Positions 1 through 9,324 of a stretch of DNA of 64,000 nt are shown here, piece after piece. Each line of letters starts with the position of its first letter. Within the stretch, counting starts at the first letter, position 1. This stretch comes from a virus (Duplodnaviria > Caudoviricetes), in IMG/VR virus record IMGVR_UViG_3300027971_004105, one strand, 5' to 3'. A program made the position numbers and the translations under genes. A model generated the notes under the pieces. It was not told where the DNA came from, made no database searches, and worked only from the letters and a program-made list of their open reading frames with translations.

Positions 1-2
1 GA

Positions 3-455
3 GGCTCTTTAAGTATTCCTACTTCAGTACAACAAGGTGATCCATTGTTCACTATAGTGGCCAATGGCTATGATGGCACTGATTACAGATTTTCCAGCGC
101 TATATCTTTTGACATTGATCCTGACACCAGCAATCCTGTAGGACCAAACGCAGTACCAGGAAAAATTAGTTTTGGAACATCTGCAGATGGTGGAGCAACC
201 TTACGAGGATTAGTTTTTGATGCAGATGGACAATTGGGTGTGAATATGACCTCTCCCACTGCCACACTGGATGTGAATGGTGCTGCAAAATTTGCAGGTC
301 CTGTGAGATTGGCCGTCGCTGCCAATGACACAGCAAGAACTGCTTATGGCACAGCATTGAAAGGACAATTAATATTCATGGTGAGTGGTACCTCACCAGC
401 AGCTACCAACAAAGTACAGGTGTACGATGGTGCAGCCTGGGTCAACCTACACTAA
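3..455 (+). CDS. C-terminal part of a tail fibre/virion protein (truncated by window start)
   Basis: Frame is open from position 3 (GSLSIPTSVQQGDPLF...). Contains GQLGVNMTSPTATLDVNG and ends in GQLIF...KVQVYDGAAWVNLH, both typical of phage fibre repeats. Confidence 0.65.
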   Translation, partial: GSLSIPTSVQQGDPLFTIVANGYDGTDYRFSSAISFDIDPDTSNPVGPNAVPGKISFGTSADGGATLRGLVFDADGQLGVNMTSPTATLDVNGAAKFAGPVRLAVAANDTARTAYGTALKGQLIFMVSGTSPAATNKVQVYDGAAWVNLH

Positions 456-461
456 TTAATT

Positions 462-1610
462 TTATTTTTGAATTGTTTTGGATTGTTTAATTTTACAGTC
501 AGCCCAACTGCGATTGGTCCATTGAGAAGGTTTGTAATCTATATTTTTTGATTGAATACCATAACATGCTGGCACAGTATCATACAGTATCATTTTTTTA
601 TTCACAGCAGCATCACGCAACATAATTTGATGTAAAAAATTAGTGACTGGTTTGCCTGGCACGAAATCACACCAAGGTCCACACTTCAATTGTTCCAAGT
701 CAATGGTTTTAACATCACTCCATTGTATAATTCTATGAGTTATGCCATTGATATTCACCATGTAATGATAAAGATTATCATCAGCAGGTTGTTTTTCCCA
801 AGTCCACCCTTTGCGATCACAAATTTGTTTGATCAATTTGACATGATCACTGAGATAAAATCTAGGTTCATCAGGAGATCTACCTATGTCTGATCCGGCT
901 CTTATTCTGTATTGCCAACTCTTATGTCCTAAAGATTGTATTTCTTCCAGAACATGTTCCATATGATCCAAACTTTCCAATGTATATCCCACATAGTACA
1001 CAAAAATTCCTTCAGCAATACAATTGTCTATGCCTTGCAGTTGTTTTTGATGCACAGTTGCTCCTTGATAGGAATGATGATTCAAACCAATCATCACCAT
1101 GGTGGCTCCAGCAGCAGCGATTTCTTTCACCCATGCTCTGTCAGACAACTTTACTCCATTGGTCAATATGCACACGTCTTCAGGTCTGTTTAATCTTTTC
1201 AATAATGCTTTGATTTGTCTAATTAATTCTGGCAAGTCTTTGCGCACAGTGGGTTCAGCACCAGCCAATATCACAGCACCAGATTCTGCATGAAATCTAT
1301 GTTCAATCTGATCCAATATTTGTTCAATGGGTCTATCAGCTTGTTTATTGTCAGGTTTATGATAACAGTGCGGACAATTTAAATTACATCGGTCAGTGAC
1401 TTCTACCATGATCCCATGAGGAATGGTGTATCCTGAAACATCATAGTGTAATTGCTTATAAAATTCTACGTCTCTTTCTATTCTAATGTTTTGTGTGCCA
1501 TGCTCAGCACAAGTCTTGGTTAGATACACTCCAGAATCTCTTGTTTCTCTCACTGCTTCACAGTGTCTATAACAGATATCACACAAGCTAGTAGTTTTTA
1601 TATCTTCCAT
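462..1610 (-). CDS. Radical SAM protein, MJ0619/tetraether-synthase-like N-terminus
   Basis: CNLNCPHC motif, AGAEPTVRKDLPELI, TNG, and N-terminal TSLCDIC...KTCAEHG metal-binding motif. Confidence 0.85.
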   Translation of the reverse strand: MEDIKTTSLCDICYRHCEAVRETRDSGVYLTKTCAEHGTQNIRIERDVEFYKQLHYDVSGYTIPHGIMVEVTDRCNLNCPHCYHKPDNKQADRPIEQILDQIEHRFHAESGAVILAGAEPTVRKDLPELIRQIKALLKRLNRPEDVCILTNGVKLSDRAWVKEIAAAGATMVMIGLNHHSYQGATVHQKQLQGIDNCIAEGIFVYYVGYTLESLDHMEHVLEEIQSLGHKSWQYRIRAGSDIGRSPDEPRFYLSDHVKLIKQICDRKGWTWEKQPADDNLYHYMVNINGITHRIIQWSDVKTIDLEQLKCGPWCDFVPGKPVTNFLHQIMLRDAAVNKKMILYDTVPACYGIQSKNIDYKPSQWTNRSWADCKIKQSKTIQK

Positions 1611-1612
1611 GA

Positions 1613-2302
1613 TTATTTGTACAGTGCTATGGCAGCATCTATAAAATCTTTAGGGTAATTGTTTCTAAAACTTTCCAAACACAATATCTGCAAGCTGGCA
1701 AAGTCTGTGGGAGTGTGCATGTCAATATTTAGTTCATGCATTTTGGGCAGTAAAACTGTTCTCCTGTCTTGGGATATGTGACTGAAATGATCCTGCACAG
1801 TGATAAGTGGTTCGCTTTTGTGATAACAAAAGAAATAGTTAACACTTTTTAATTTGCCTTCCACCACAAAATAACTGCTGGGGTGTAAACTGTATTTGTA
1901 TAATCCTAATGTTTTGTGTGCTTGCAGAATCTCCAACATCTGTTCACGCCAATTGGGCAGCACTGCATCCATGCCCACTGTGTGACTCTGTTCCCAAAAA
2001 TCCACGCCATCAACGCCAAAGATAATTTTTTTATTGTCATAGTCCAGTTCCAATATGTCAGGAATGTGTTCTGGAAAATTGTGATGCATCATCAGCAGCA
2101 TATCCACTTCTCTCTGCCATTTTTGTTCCATTAGGATGGGATCCATCACTTCGTTTTGATCTCTGTGATACTCTGTGTCGTTGTGAAACCATTGCACAAA
2201 TTCTGTTTTATTTTGATTGATAAGACTGGTGTACACAAGATTGTTCCTGCACAATCCTTTGCCTGGCACATTATTGTAATAGTATACGTAGTCAGTTACC
2301 AT
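1613..2302 (-). CDS. Protein-kinase-like fold protein with degenerate catalytic motifs
   Basis: W-x-RE-V helix-C-like segment, P-x-I-x-x-x-D, then LGLYKYSLHPSSYFV..GKLKSVNYF. Paralogous to 10619..11254. Confidence 0.5.
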   Translation of the reverse strand: MVTDYVYYYNNVPGKGLCRNNLVYTSLINQNKTEFVQWFHNDTEYHRDQNEVMDPILMEQKWQREVDMLLMMHHNFPEHIPDILELDYDNKKIIFGVDGVDFWEQSHTVGMDAVLPNWREQMLEILQAHKTLGLYKYSLHPSSYFVVEGKLKSVNYFFCYHKSEPLITVQDHFSHISQDRRTVLLPKMHELNIDMHTPTDFASLQILCLESFRNNYPKDFIDAAIALYK

Positions 2303-2850
2303 CTAGGATATCTTTCCAATTGTTTGTAAAATTCTTGAACATTTAATTGCCACACAGTTTGATTTGTGCCTCTGTATTTTATTTGATTGATTTTTTTCAA
2401 ACATTTAGATTCTGCCAACATGGGTGCCCAAATATTATGCACTAGACGTTGAGTGCCTTCACTATTTTCATTGGTGGTCACATAAAGATTATTTTGTGAT
2501 CCAGCCCATTCAATACAAGTGGGAATAAAAAATTGTGGAGTGACGCTTTGATGCGTGAGTATGCCTGTTTTGGTTCTTAATCTTGAGATAGGCAATTGAT
2601 CTGTGAACACACAAGTTCTACACAATATTCTAAAACTATTTTCACCCATTTCAGGAAAAGAATGAGCGCCAGTAGACCCCACTATTTTATTGTTGTATTT
2701 AAGCAACCAAATTTTCCATTTTTTTTCTGTGGAGATGCTGTCCACCAACATTTTTTTATTACTGTTGTTTTTGAATCCTTTGGATTCTGCTTGAAGATAA
2801 AATTCTGTTAAATCAATCGATTCAGAATATGGTACCAATTTATAAGTCAT
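2296..2850 (-). CDS. GNAT-family acetyltransferase-like protein
   Basis: WKIWLLKYNNKIVGSTGAH...FRILCRTCVF beta-strand pattern typical of GNAT. Confidence 0.55.
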   Translation of the reverse strand: MTYKLVPYSESIDLTEFYLQAESKGFKNNSNKKMLVDSISTEKKWKIWLLKYNNKIVGSTGAHSFPEMGENSFRILCRTCVFTDQLPISRLRTKTGILTHQSVTPQFFIPTCIEWAGSQNNLYVTTNENSEGTQRLVHNIWAPMLAESKCLKKINQIKYRGTNQTVWQLNVQEFYKQLERYPRW

Positions 2851-2877
2851 AAATTATTTTGCTCTCAATATTTAACA

Positions 2878-2884
2878 CTAAATA
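2878..2884 (+). promoter_or_regulatory. T4-type late promoter variant CTAAATA
   Basis: CTAAATA 5 nt upstream of the ATG at 2890, with no Shine-Dalgarno. A divergent TTAAATA lies on the minus strand at 2869-2875. Confidence 0.45.
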
Positions 2885-2889
2885 TTTGG

Positions 2890-3696
2890 ATGATAAGAGG
2901 AATTGGTGGCCGACCATATATTGATTTAACTCCACATTTGGATATAGAAGGTTTTAGGAAATTACATCCTGAAATTTGCCGAGGATTTGCTTTGGCTAGA
3001 GAATATGCCAAAGAAGGCACATGGATGTCGCCAGGATTTAATCTACAAGACATGAGTTATCAATTGAATTGGAAACCAATTTATCAGGCTGTGAAAGAAT
3101 ATCTTGCACTGCCCATAGATCATCCTATTAGAAAAAACGGTGATGATTTGTATGCCAATATCAAAGATTACCGCACAAGAAATCAATTCACACGCTACCT
3201 CAAAGCAGTGTTGGGTGCCAAAGATCCATACATCTATTATTTTTTATGGAATGAAGGCGATTGGGATAATAGAAATTCTGAAAGACATCTCACAGAGGAA
3301 AGCAAACATTTTCCTGGATTGGTCACATGGGTTAAAAATCTTGTGGATCAAAACATTATCAGTCAAATAGGCAGAGTGATATTTTTTCACTGTGAACATG
3401 ATGGACAACCATTTGAACACAGAGATCTAGATGGCAAACTGGGTGATCAACAAGGATACAGTGATCATCGCAATGAGTTCATACACATACGTTATAACAC
3501 CAAAAGAGGATTTTATATTTGGGATCCTGAAACAAAAAACAAAACCTACATCAATGCCAATGCAGCTTTCTGGAACGATCAAGACTGGCATGGTGGAGAA
3601 ATTAATCGTGAACAAGAGTATGGATTGAGAATTGACTGTGTGTTCACCGATGCATTTAGAAAAAAATTAGGCATCGATCATTTAAAAAATTATTAA
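2890..3696 (+). CDS. 2OG/Fe(II)-type (cupin) oxygenase-like protein
   Basis: FEHRD and WNDQDWHGG give an HxD...H facial triad. Paralogue of 9321..10076 (shared N-terminal G-x-x-G-[KR]-PYI). Confidence 0.6.
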   Translation: MIRGIGGRPYIDLTPHLDIEGFRKLHPEICRGFALAREYAKEGTWMSPGFNLQDMSYQLNWKPIYQAVKEYLALPIDHPIRKNGDDLYANIKDYRTRNQFTRYLKAVLGAKDPYIYYFLWNEGDWDNRNSERHLTEESKHFPGLVTWVKNLVDQNIISQIGRVIFFHCEHDGQPFEHRDLDGKLGDQQGYSDHRNEFIHIRYNTKRGFYIWDPETKNKTYINANAAFWNDQDWHGGEINREQEYGLRIDCVFTDAFRKKLGIDHLKNY

Positions 3697-3697
3697 T

Positions 3698-4321
3698 ATG
3701 AATAACTTTCATCGTTTTATAAATCTACCTTTTACCATAGATAGACCAAAAATTTTTGATACATTAAAAGTGCCTAACTGGTCAAGTGGTGGTATGACTT
3801 TTGAAATAGCTAAACAGCATGTTGATAAAAGAATCCTTGAATGGTTGGATAGTTTTAATATTTCCACATCTCAATTTTTTGAAGGAACTTACACTGCACC
3901 TAATAATGGATCTATTGGCATACACAGCGATACAGATACATTGTCGGACATGACCAAATTACTTTTTATTTGGGGGCCAGACAACAGTTTCACTAGATGG
4001 TGGGAGCCTAAAATTGATGCAGTTTCTTCAAAGATGCGACCAGATCAAGGAGGCCCGCATGCTGAAATTTTCAATCCTGACACGTATGTTTATGAATTTG
4101 ATGATGCGGACAGAGCACTGTGTTATGAAGAAAAAGATTGTAATTTATTGTATGAAAAAGTTTTATCTAAACCAAGCATAATTAACGCAGGCAGATTGCA
4201 TAGTACATTTAATAATGGCAGTGAAGATCGATGGGGTCTTACTCTTACATTAATGAAAAATAATAAAAGATTACAATTTTTTGAAGCATTAGAAATTTTT
4301 AAAGACATAATACATGAATAA
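3698..4321 (+). CDS. 2OG/Fe(II)-type oxygenase-like protein
   Basis: IHSD...LHSTFN...RWGLTL triad pattern. Tandem paralogue of the next gene. Confidence 0.6.
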   Translation: MNNFHRFINLPFTIDRPKIFDTLKVPNWSSGGMTFEIAKQHVDKRILEWLDSFNISTSQFFEGTYTAPNNGSIGIHSDTDTLSDMTKLLFIWGPDNSFTRWWEPKIDAVSSKMRPDQGGPHAEIFNPDTYVYEFDDADRALCYEEKDCNLLYEKVLSKPSIINAGRLHSTFNNGSEDRWGLTLTLMKNNKRLQFFEALEIFKDIIHE

Positions 4322-4931
4322 AACTATGTCTGATCAAAATTATTATCACAGATACTTAAAATTACCATTTGAATATTTAAAACCAAGATGTTTTAATAAA
4401 AGTTATGATCATCCTAATATGATATATGTTTTGCCAGAATCAATTGACCAAAGTGTGATCAAATGGATCGAGTCCTTCGATTTAAAAGTATCCAATCTTA
4501 TTGAAGGATTTTATACTCCCACAAATGGTGGAAAGATACCTCTGCACAATGATACCTCTACCATAAGCAATGCTGTAAAAATTAATTTTACCTGGGGACC
4601 AGACAACAGTGTGACCAGATGGTGGCATGTGAAACAACCTGAATATTTAAAACCGGTCAAACCAGACAATAGTCATATATTAATTGCGGGTGTGGTGCCC
4701 GATATAGTGGTCACAGATGCTTACTCAGCACGTGAAGAAGATTGTGATTTGGTGCATGAGCAAGTGATCAATAGACCCAGTTTGATGAACATAGGACAAC
4801 TGCACAGCACATTCAATCCCAACATGACTGAAGATCGTTGGACACTGTGTTTTACTCTGTTAAAATTAGATAACACACATCTACAATTTGAAGAAGCTGT
4901 GCAAATATTCAAAGATTATATTCATGAATAG
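4314..4931 (+). CDS. 2OG/Fe(II)-type oxygenase-like protein
   Basis: LHND...LHSTFN...RWTLCF. Shares WGPDNS-x-TRWW and IFKD-x-IHE with 3698..4321. Confidence 0.6.
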   Translation: MNKTMSDQNYYHRYLKLPFEYLKPRCFNKSYDHPNMIYVLPESIDQSVIKWIESFDLKVSNLIEGFYTPTNGGKIPLHNDTSTISNAVKINFTWGPDNSVTRWWHVKQPEYLKPVKPDNSHILIAGVVPDIVVTDAYSAREEDCDLVHEQVINRPSLMNIGQLHSTFNPNMTEDRWTLCFTLLKLDNTHLQFEEAVQIFKDYIHE

Positions 4932-5460
4932 AACAGTGCGTATTACCTGCCCCAAAGAATTTAATAAAAAATACATGTCTCGTCAACATGACAATTATAT
5001 CAACAAGTTGAATGTGTATCACAACGCACAAAAAATATTTGCCAACATTGATGATGCAGAGGAGAATCTTCCTATAATATTAGAAAAATCCATTGTGTTC
5101 GATAATATCAACGTTTTTGAATTCAATTATGATATTAAATTTCACTCAGTGGAAGAGCAGGCCAAAATTATATGGAGTCTTAAACCAATAAATTATCTGT
5201 ATCAAAGTCATGTGCAGTTGATCAGACTCAACAGTGTGCAAGGCAGTGAACATGTGTCAGATGACTATCGTATCACAGTGAAGTGTAATCAATACACTCA
5301 CTCAGTGGGCAAGGAATATCATCAAGGACAACATCAAAACATAAATTTTAAGGATCTCATAGATGCCAACGGATACTGTTGTTTCAGCGTGGAAACCAAA
5401 AAAGTTTTTGATAACACTTCAGCCATCACATACGATCAATTACAATTTGAAATACTATAA
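4924..5460 (+). CDS. Hypothetical protein
   Basis: ORF in an operon. Start placed at the ATG at 4924, which overlaps the previous stop (ATGAATAG). Confidence 0.6.
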   Translation: MNRTVRITCPKEFNKKYMSRQHDNYINKLNVYHNAQKIFANIDDAEENLPIILEKSIVFDNINVFEFNYDIKFHSVEEQAKIIWSLKPINYLYQSHVQLIRLNSVQGSEHVSDDYRITVKCNQYTHSVGKEYHQGQHQNINFKDLIDANGYCCFSVETKKVFDNTSAITYDQLQFEIL

Positions 5461-5468
5461 TTATTGCT

Positions 5469-6584
5469 ATGACTCTCAAAGGACTTATACCTGGCAGACA
5501 GCAGCCCACACATCCAGCAGACAAACATTGGCAATTTGGTACTGTTATGAATGGCGTTAAAAAGGTTGATCCTTTGTTGCATTATAGTTGCTTTACTTTG
5601 GGATTCGATAGAACAGATATCATTCAATATGTGTGTGATGCTATGAAAAATATCAAACCAGAAATAGCAGAATCTATTGTGCATGCTGAAGATTTAAAAT
5701 TAAACCATGCAAGTTATGAACTCAGCAATAAATTGTTTAAGATGAGTGGCGGATATAGAAGCTTCTTCGCATTGTCAGGCAGTGATGCCAACGAAGGAGC
5801 AATAAAGTTATCTTCTGCCTATCATCATGTGAAGAAAAACAATAACAAAAAACAAGTGATAAGTTTTGAGGGCAGTTATCACGGCAGCACTTTCCTTAAC
5901 AATAATCTTGGAGATCTACTGATGATCAATCCCATGTACAACATGGATAGGTATCATGGTGCAACAAGACTTGCCAGAGATTTTGAAATAGATCAAGTGG
6001 ATTGGACCAAAGTGATGAGTGTGATAGTAGAACCATGTTCATACGGTGGGGACATGACTCCAAACTCAAATGAGTTTTGGCAAAAATTAAAACATGTTCA
6101 ACAAACATTTGATGTGTTGATCATTATGGATGATATTTTTATAGGGGGAGGCAAAACAGGTAATTATTTTGGGTGGAAACACTTGCCCATACAACCTGAT
6201 ATCTGCACCATGGGCAAAGCCATCACAGGTGGATATTTTCCTTTGAGCATTACCATGTACAATGAAAAAATACATCAAACACTGCCCACAAACTTTGATT
6301 GGGATCATGGATACACCTATAATTTTTCTCTGTCAGGCATCAACAGTGCTTTAAAATATATGGACATACTGGAAAAAGAACAGGTATTGAACAACCATCA
6401 AACAATTCAAAACACTGCTGTTAAAACTATTCAAAGCACAGGTTTTGAAATACTGAATCGTTTTGGTTGCCTCTATATGATACGCAAAGGCAATTATAAA
6501 AATTTATATATTGTGCCTTTGAATGCTACTGAAGAATATTTTACTGTGCTTAAACAAAATTTAGAATCATATGAAAATAATTGA
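5469..6584 (+). CDS. Class-III PLP-dependent aminotransferase (BioA/GabT-like)
   Basis: SGSDANEGAIK, SFEGSYHGST, VIVEP, IIMDDIFIGGGKTG, PDICTMGKAITGGYFPLS (PLP lysine). Confidence 0.9.
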   Translation: MTLKGLIPGRQQPTHPADKHWQFGTVMNGVKKVDPLLHYSCFTLGFDRTDIIQYVCDAMKNIKPEIAESIVHAEDLKLNHASYELSNKLFKMSGGYRSFFALSGSDANEGAIKLSSAYHHVKKNNNKKQVISFEGSYHGSTFLNNNLGDLLMINPMYNMDRYHGATRLARDFEIDQVDWTKVMSVIVEPCSYGGDMTPNSNEFWQKLKHVQQTFDVLIIMDDIFIGGGKTGNYFGWKHLPIQPDICTMGKAITGGYFPLSITMYNEKIHQTLPTNFDWDHGYTYNFSLSGINSALKYMDILEKEQVLNNHQTIQNTAVKTIQSTGFEILNRFGCLYMIRKGNYKNLYIVPLNATEEYFTVLKQNLESYENN

Positions 6585-7125
6585 TAATTTTTTTGACTCT
6601 GCAACGCTATCAGAACTAAAAAAAGCCATTCAAAACGAAATAGCTAACGAAATCAGTGCTATTAAAAAATCCGACCTGAGCACAGAAAAAGATCATGTAG
6701 GATTAGAAAATAGCAATTATTATTTTTTAAATGGTCCTGCTAAAATTATTGTATTAAAAAATTTAGTGGCAAATAAGTTGTTGTCTGCTGAAGTGATGGA
6801 TGATAACGACAGTATGCTACGCTATCATGTCAATAGAGCTCCCTACAATGCTAGATGGCATTTGGATGGATTGTATGCTGAAAAAGATGAATTGGATTAC
6901 ATAGGCATAACAATTTTCTTAAATGATGTTTGGCAAACAAATGACGGAGGATTATTTGTTTACAAAGAAAATAAAAATGATACACAGGGCAAGTTTGTTG
7001 AACCCATAGGTAATAGAGTTATAATTAATTCCAAAGATCTTGATCACGCAGTTACAGCAATAACCAACCAAGAAGTGATTCGATATTCTTTACAGATGTT
7101 TATTAATCACAAATACTTAATATGA
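6571..7125 (+). CDS. Prolyl-4-hydroxylase-like 2OG-Fe(II) oxygenase
   Basis: RWHLDG, IFLNDVWQTNDGGLF, EPIGNRVII, DHAV, RYSLQMF. Confidence 0.85.
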   Translation: MKIIDNFFDSATLSELKKAIQNEIANEISAIKKSDLSTEKDHVGLENSNYYFLNGPAKIIVLKNLVANKLLSAEVMDDNDSMLRYHVNRAPYNARWHLDGLYAEKDELDYIGITIFLNDVWQTNDGGLFVYKENKNDTQGKFVEPIGNRVIINSKDLDHAVTAITNQEVIRYSLQMFINHKYLI

Positions 7126-8195
7126 TACACACAGAATTTGATCCATTACAAGAAGTAATTGTGGGAGATTGTTATGCTCCTGGAGATATGGATCATTTTT
7201 TACCCAAAGAAAGCATATCAAGTTTCAACAGAATACTGGAAGAAACCAAACAAGACCTTAACAATCTTGCAGATTTTATAAAAAACTCTAACATCAAAGT
7301 GCATAGACCAGAAGTACTAAAATACACAAAATCTATAGAGATGCCTAATTTTAAAGTGAATTTTCCCATGTGCCCCATGGTACCTAGAGATCAATATCTG
7401 ATTTTGGATAGACAAATTATACAAACTTACACCAGCTACACAGATAGATATTTTGATTCGTTGAGTTATGTGAAAATTTTTAATGAATTATTCAAAGAAG
7501 GATACAATTGGATTTCACAGCCTCTGCCCAAACTAATCAACACTCAGATAGATGAAAATTGGTACATATCTGACTCTATCTATCAAGAAAAATTATCAGA
7601 TCAATTGCTATGGCACACAGCTGCCATATTCAAAGCAGGAGATTCTTTGCTGTATAACAGTAGAGGTCCTGGTTCTAGCTTTGGTTTGGAATGGTTCAAA
7701 CGTAATTGTAAGGATTATACACTGATTGAAAACACTGGTGATACTGTGTTTAAAAACTACGGACATATTGATCATGGATTTTTATTAATAGACGATGACA
7801 CAGTAATACATGCTGGCATAGAATGGGTGCCTTTGGCATTAAGAAATAAAAAATTAATAGATGTTAAAAACTACGTTGGCAAAGTTGTGATAGACAACTA
7901 TATCAAAGACTACACTGCCACAGATGGCAGATATTCCAATGCTTGGTTGGAGCAATATCTGGCTAATTGGCGAGGATACACACAAGAAGTTTGTTTTGAT
8001 TTAAACGTATTAATTTTAGATTCAAAAAACATATTGTTTGGCAAACATTTACCTGAACTATTTCAATATTTAAAGACTTTCAACATCAATTGTCATGTGG
8101 TGCCACAACGTCACGAAGTATATTGGGAAGGTGGAACTCATTGCTGCACACTAGATGTTAAAAGAAAAGGTTCAAAAAGAAAGATAATAAATTAA
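7122..8195 (+). CDS. Amidinotransferase-family protein (glycine/inosamine-phosphate amidinotransferase-like)
   Basis: EFDPLQEVIVG, PRDQ, HIDH, GGTHCCTLDVKR. Confidence 0.85.
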   Translation: MIHTEFDPLQEVIVGDCYAPGDMDHFLPKESISSFNRILEETKQDLNNLADFIKNSNIKVHRPEVLKYTKSIEMPNFKVNFPMCPMVPRDQYLILDRQIIQTYTSYTDRYFDSLSYVKIFNELFKEGYNWISQPLPKLINTQIDENWYISDSIYQEKLSDQLLWHTAAIFKAGDSLLYNSRGPGSSFGLEWFKRNCKDYTLIENTGDTVFKNYGHIDHGFLLIDDDTVIHAGIEWVPLALRNKKLIDVKNYVGKVVIDNYIKDYTATDGRYSNAWLEQYLANWRGYTQEVCFDLNVLILDSKNILFGKHLPELFQYLKTFNINCHVVPQRHEVYWEGGTHCCTLDVKRKGSKRKIIN

Positions 8196-8746
8196 ATTTT
8201 TCTTACATCAATAGTGCTGACGTACAAAGGCTCATTCAATACAGTATTAAAAATACGAATGATATCTTGAGTATCACAGAAGGGTTCACTCTGTCTAACT
8301 CCGGTTTTTTCACCATAATTTAAAATTCGTATCAGCACACTTTGAGGTTGAGCACCAAATGGTGTTTTAACACTTAAAAACCTATGCACATTTTCCAAAT
8401 GAGTTTTTTGTTTAATATAATTTAAATCAGCGCCCACTTGTTTTAAAATATCTTCTGATAACTCAGTACCCAATGTACCAAAAGTTACTATTTTGCCTGT
8501 TTTATTTGTTTCACTCCATTTTTTATGAACCATCATCAACAGTTGAATCTGTGCATCACCCACGTGTGCTAGATTGACAAAATGGTCATAACTCGCACTT
8601 TGATCAACCACTCGTTGAATATCTTCCAATTTGTTCAAATTGTATCCAGTGTTTCTAGATATGCCCACAACTTCATGATGATGTTTGAGATGTTCAAACA
8701 ACACAGATCCTATGGGAGAAGTATGTCCGGTCATTAATATTTTCAT
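8192..8746 (-). CDS. Short-chain dehydrogenase/NAD(P)-binding Rossmann-fold protein
   Basis: MKILMTGHTSPIG...VVGISR...FVNLAH, SDR-like N-terminus. Confidence 0.65.
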   Translation of the reverse strand: MKILMTGHTSPIGSVLFEHLKHHHEVVGISRNTGYNLNKLEDIQRVVDQSASYDHFVNLAHVGDAQIQLLMMVHKKWSETNKTGKIVTFGTLGTELSEDILKQVGADLNYIKQKTHLENVHRFLSVKTPFGAQPQSVLIRILNYGEKTGVRQSEPFCDTQDIIRIFNTVLNEPLYVSTIDVRKI

Positions 8747-9324
8747 AATACTGTGAACCTCACTATCTGTATAAATCTACTGTCCATGCTGCTGCCATGT
8801 CCGTATTCTTCAATTTCAAACATGATAGGATTGACTCCTTGCCAAAAAAATTCTTTTTCTGCACTCAAGGTGGTGCCTGCTTGCACGTTTTGATTGTGTA
8901 TCAGTGTTTCGCCATTCAGTTTAAAATGGAAGTATTCTTGACTGATACCAAATTTGTCATTGAAAGATTGCAATGATTGTGCATCACACAGTGATAAGTT
9001 ATAGGTAAATTTACATGACCACCAGTCTACATCTTTATAAATCAACTCAATTTGAGCTGTGAGTTCTATTTGTTTGTCATCATGCCAACTTTGTTTATTT
9101 TGTAGTACCAATGTGTTATTGTTTTTTTGTAAAACAATTTCAGCGCTTCTGCTTATGCTTTTTTTTTCAGCAGTTTCCTTGCTTAATTCTATGGTATCAA
9201 ACAATACAGAGTTGTTCCATTGCAGTATCAATTGATCCTGTAACTTACCTTCAGCAACCAGTTCATTGGCTACATAAGAAGAACGCATCACTGGAAAATA
9301 ATCAAACTGTAATTTTTTTTTCAT
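8743..9324 (-). CDS. Hypothetical protein
   Basis: 193-aa ORF with 4-nt overlaps to both neighbours. Confidence 0.6.
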   Translation of the reverse strand: MKKKLQFDYFPVMRSSYVANELVAEGKLQDQLILQWNNSVLFDTIELSKETAEKKSISRSAEIVLQKNNNTLVLQNKQSWHDDKQIELTAQIELIYKDVDWWSCKFTYNLSLCDAQSLQSFNDKFGISQEYFHFKLNGETLIHNQNVQAGTTLSAEKEFFWQGVNPIMFEIEEYGHGSSMDSRFIQIVRFTVL

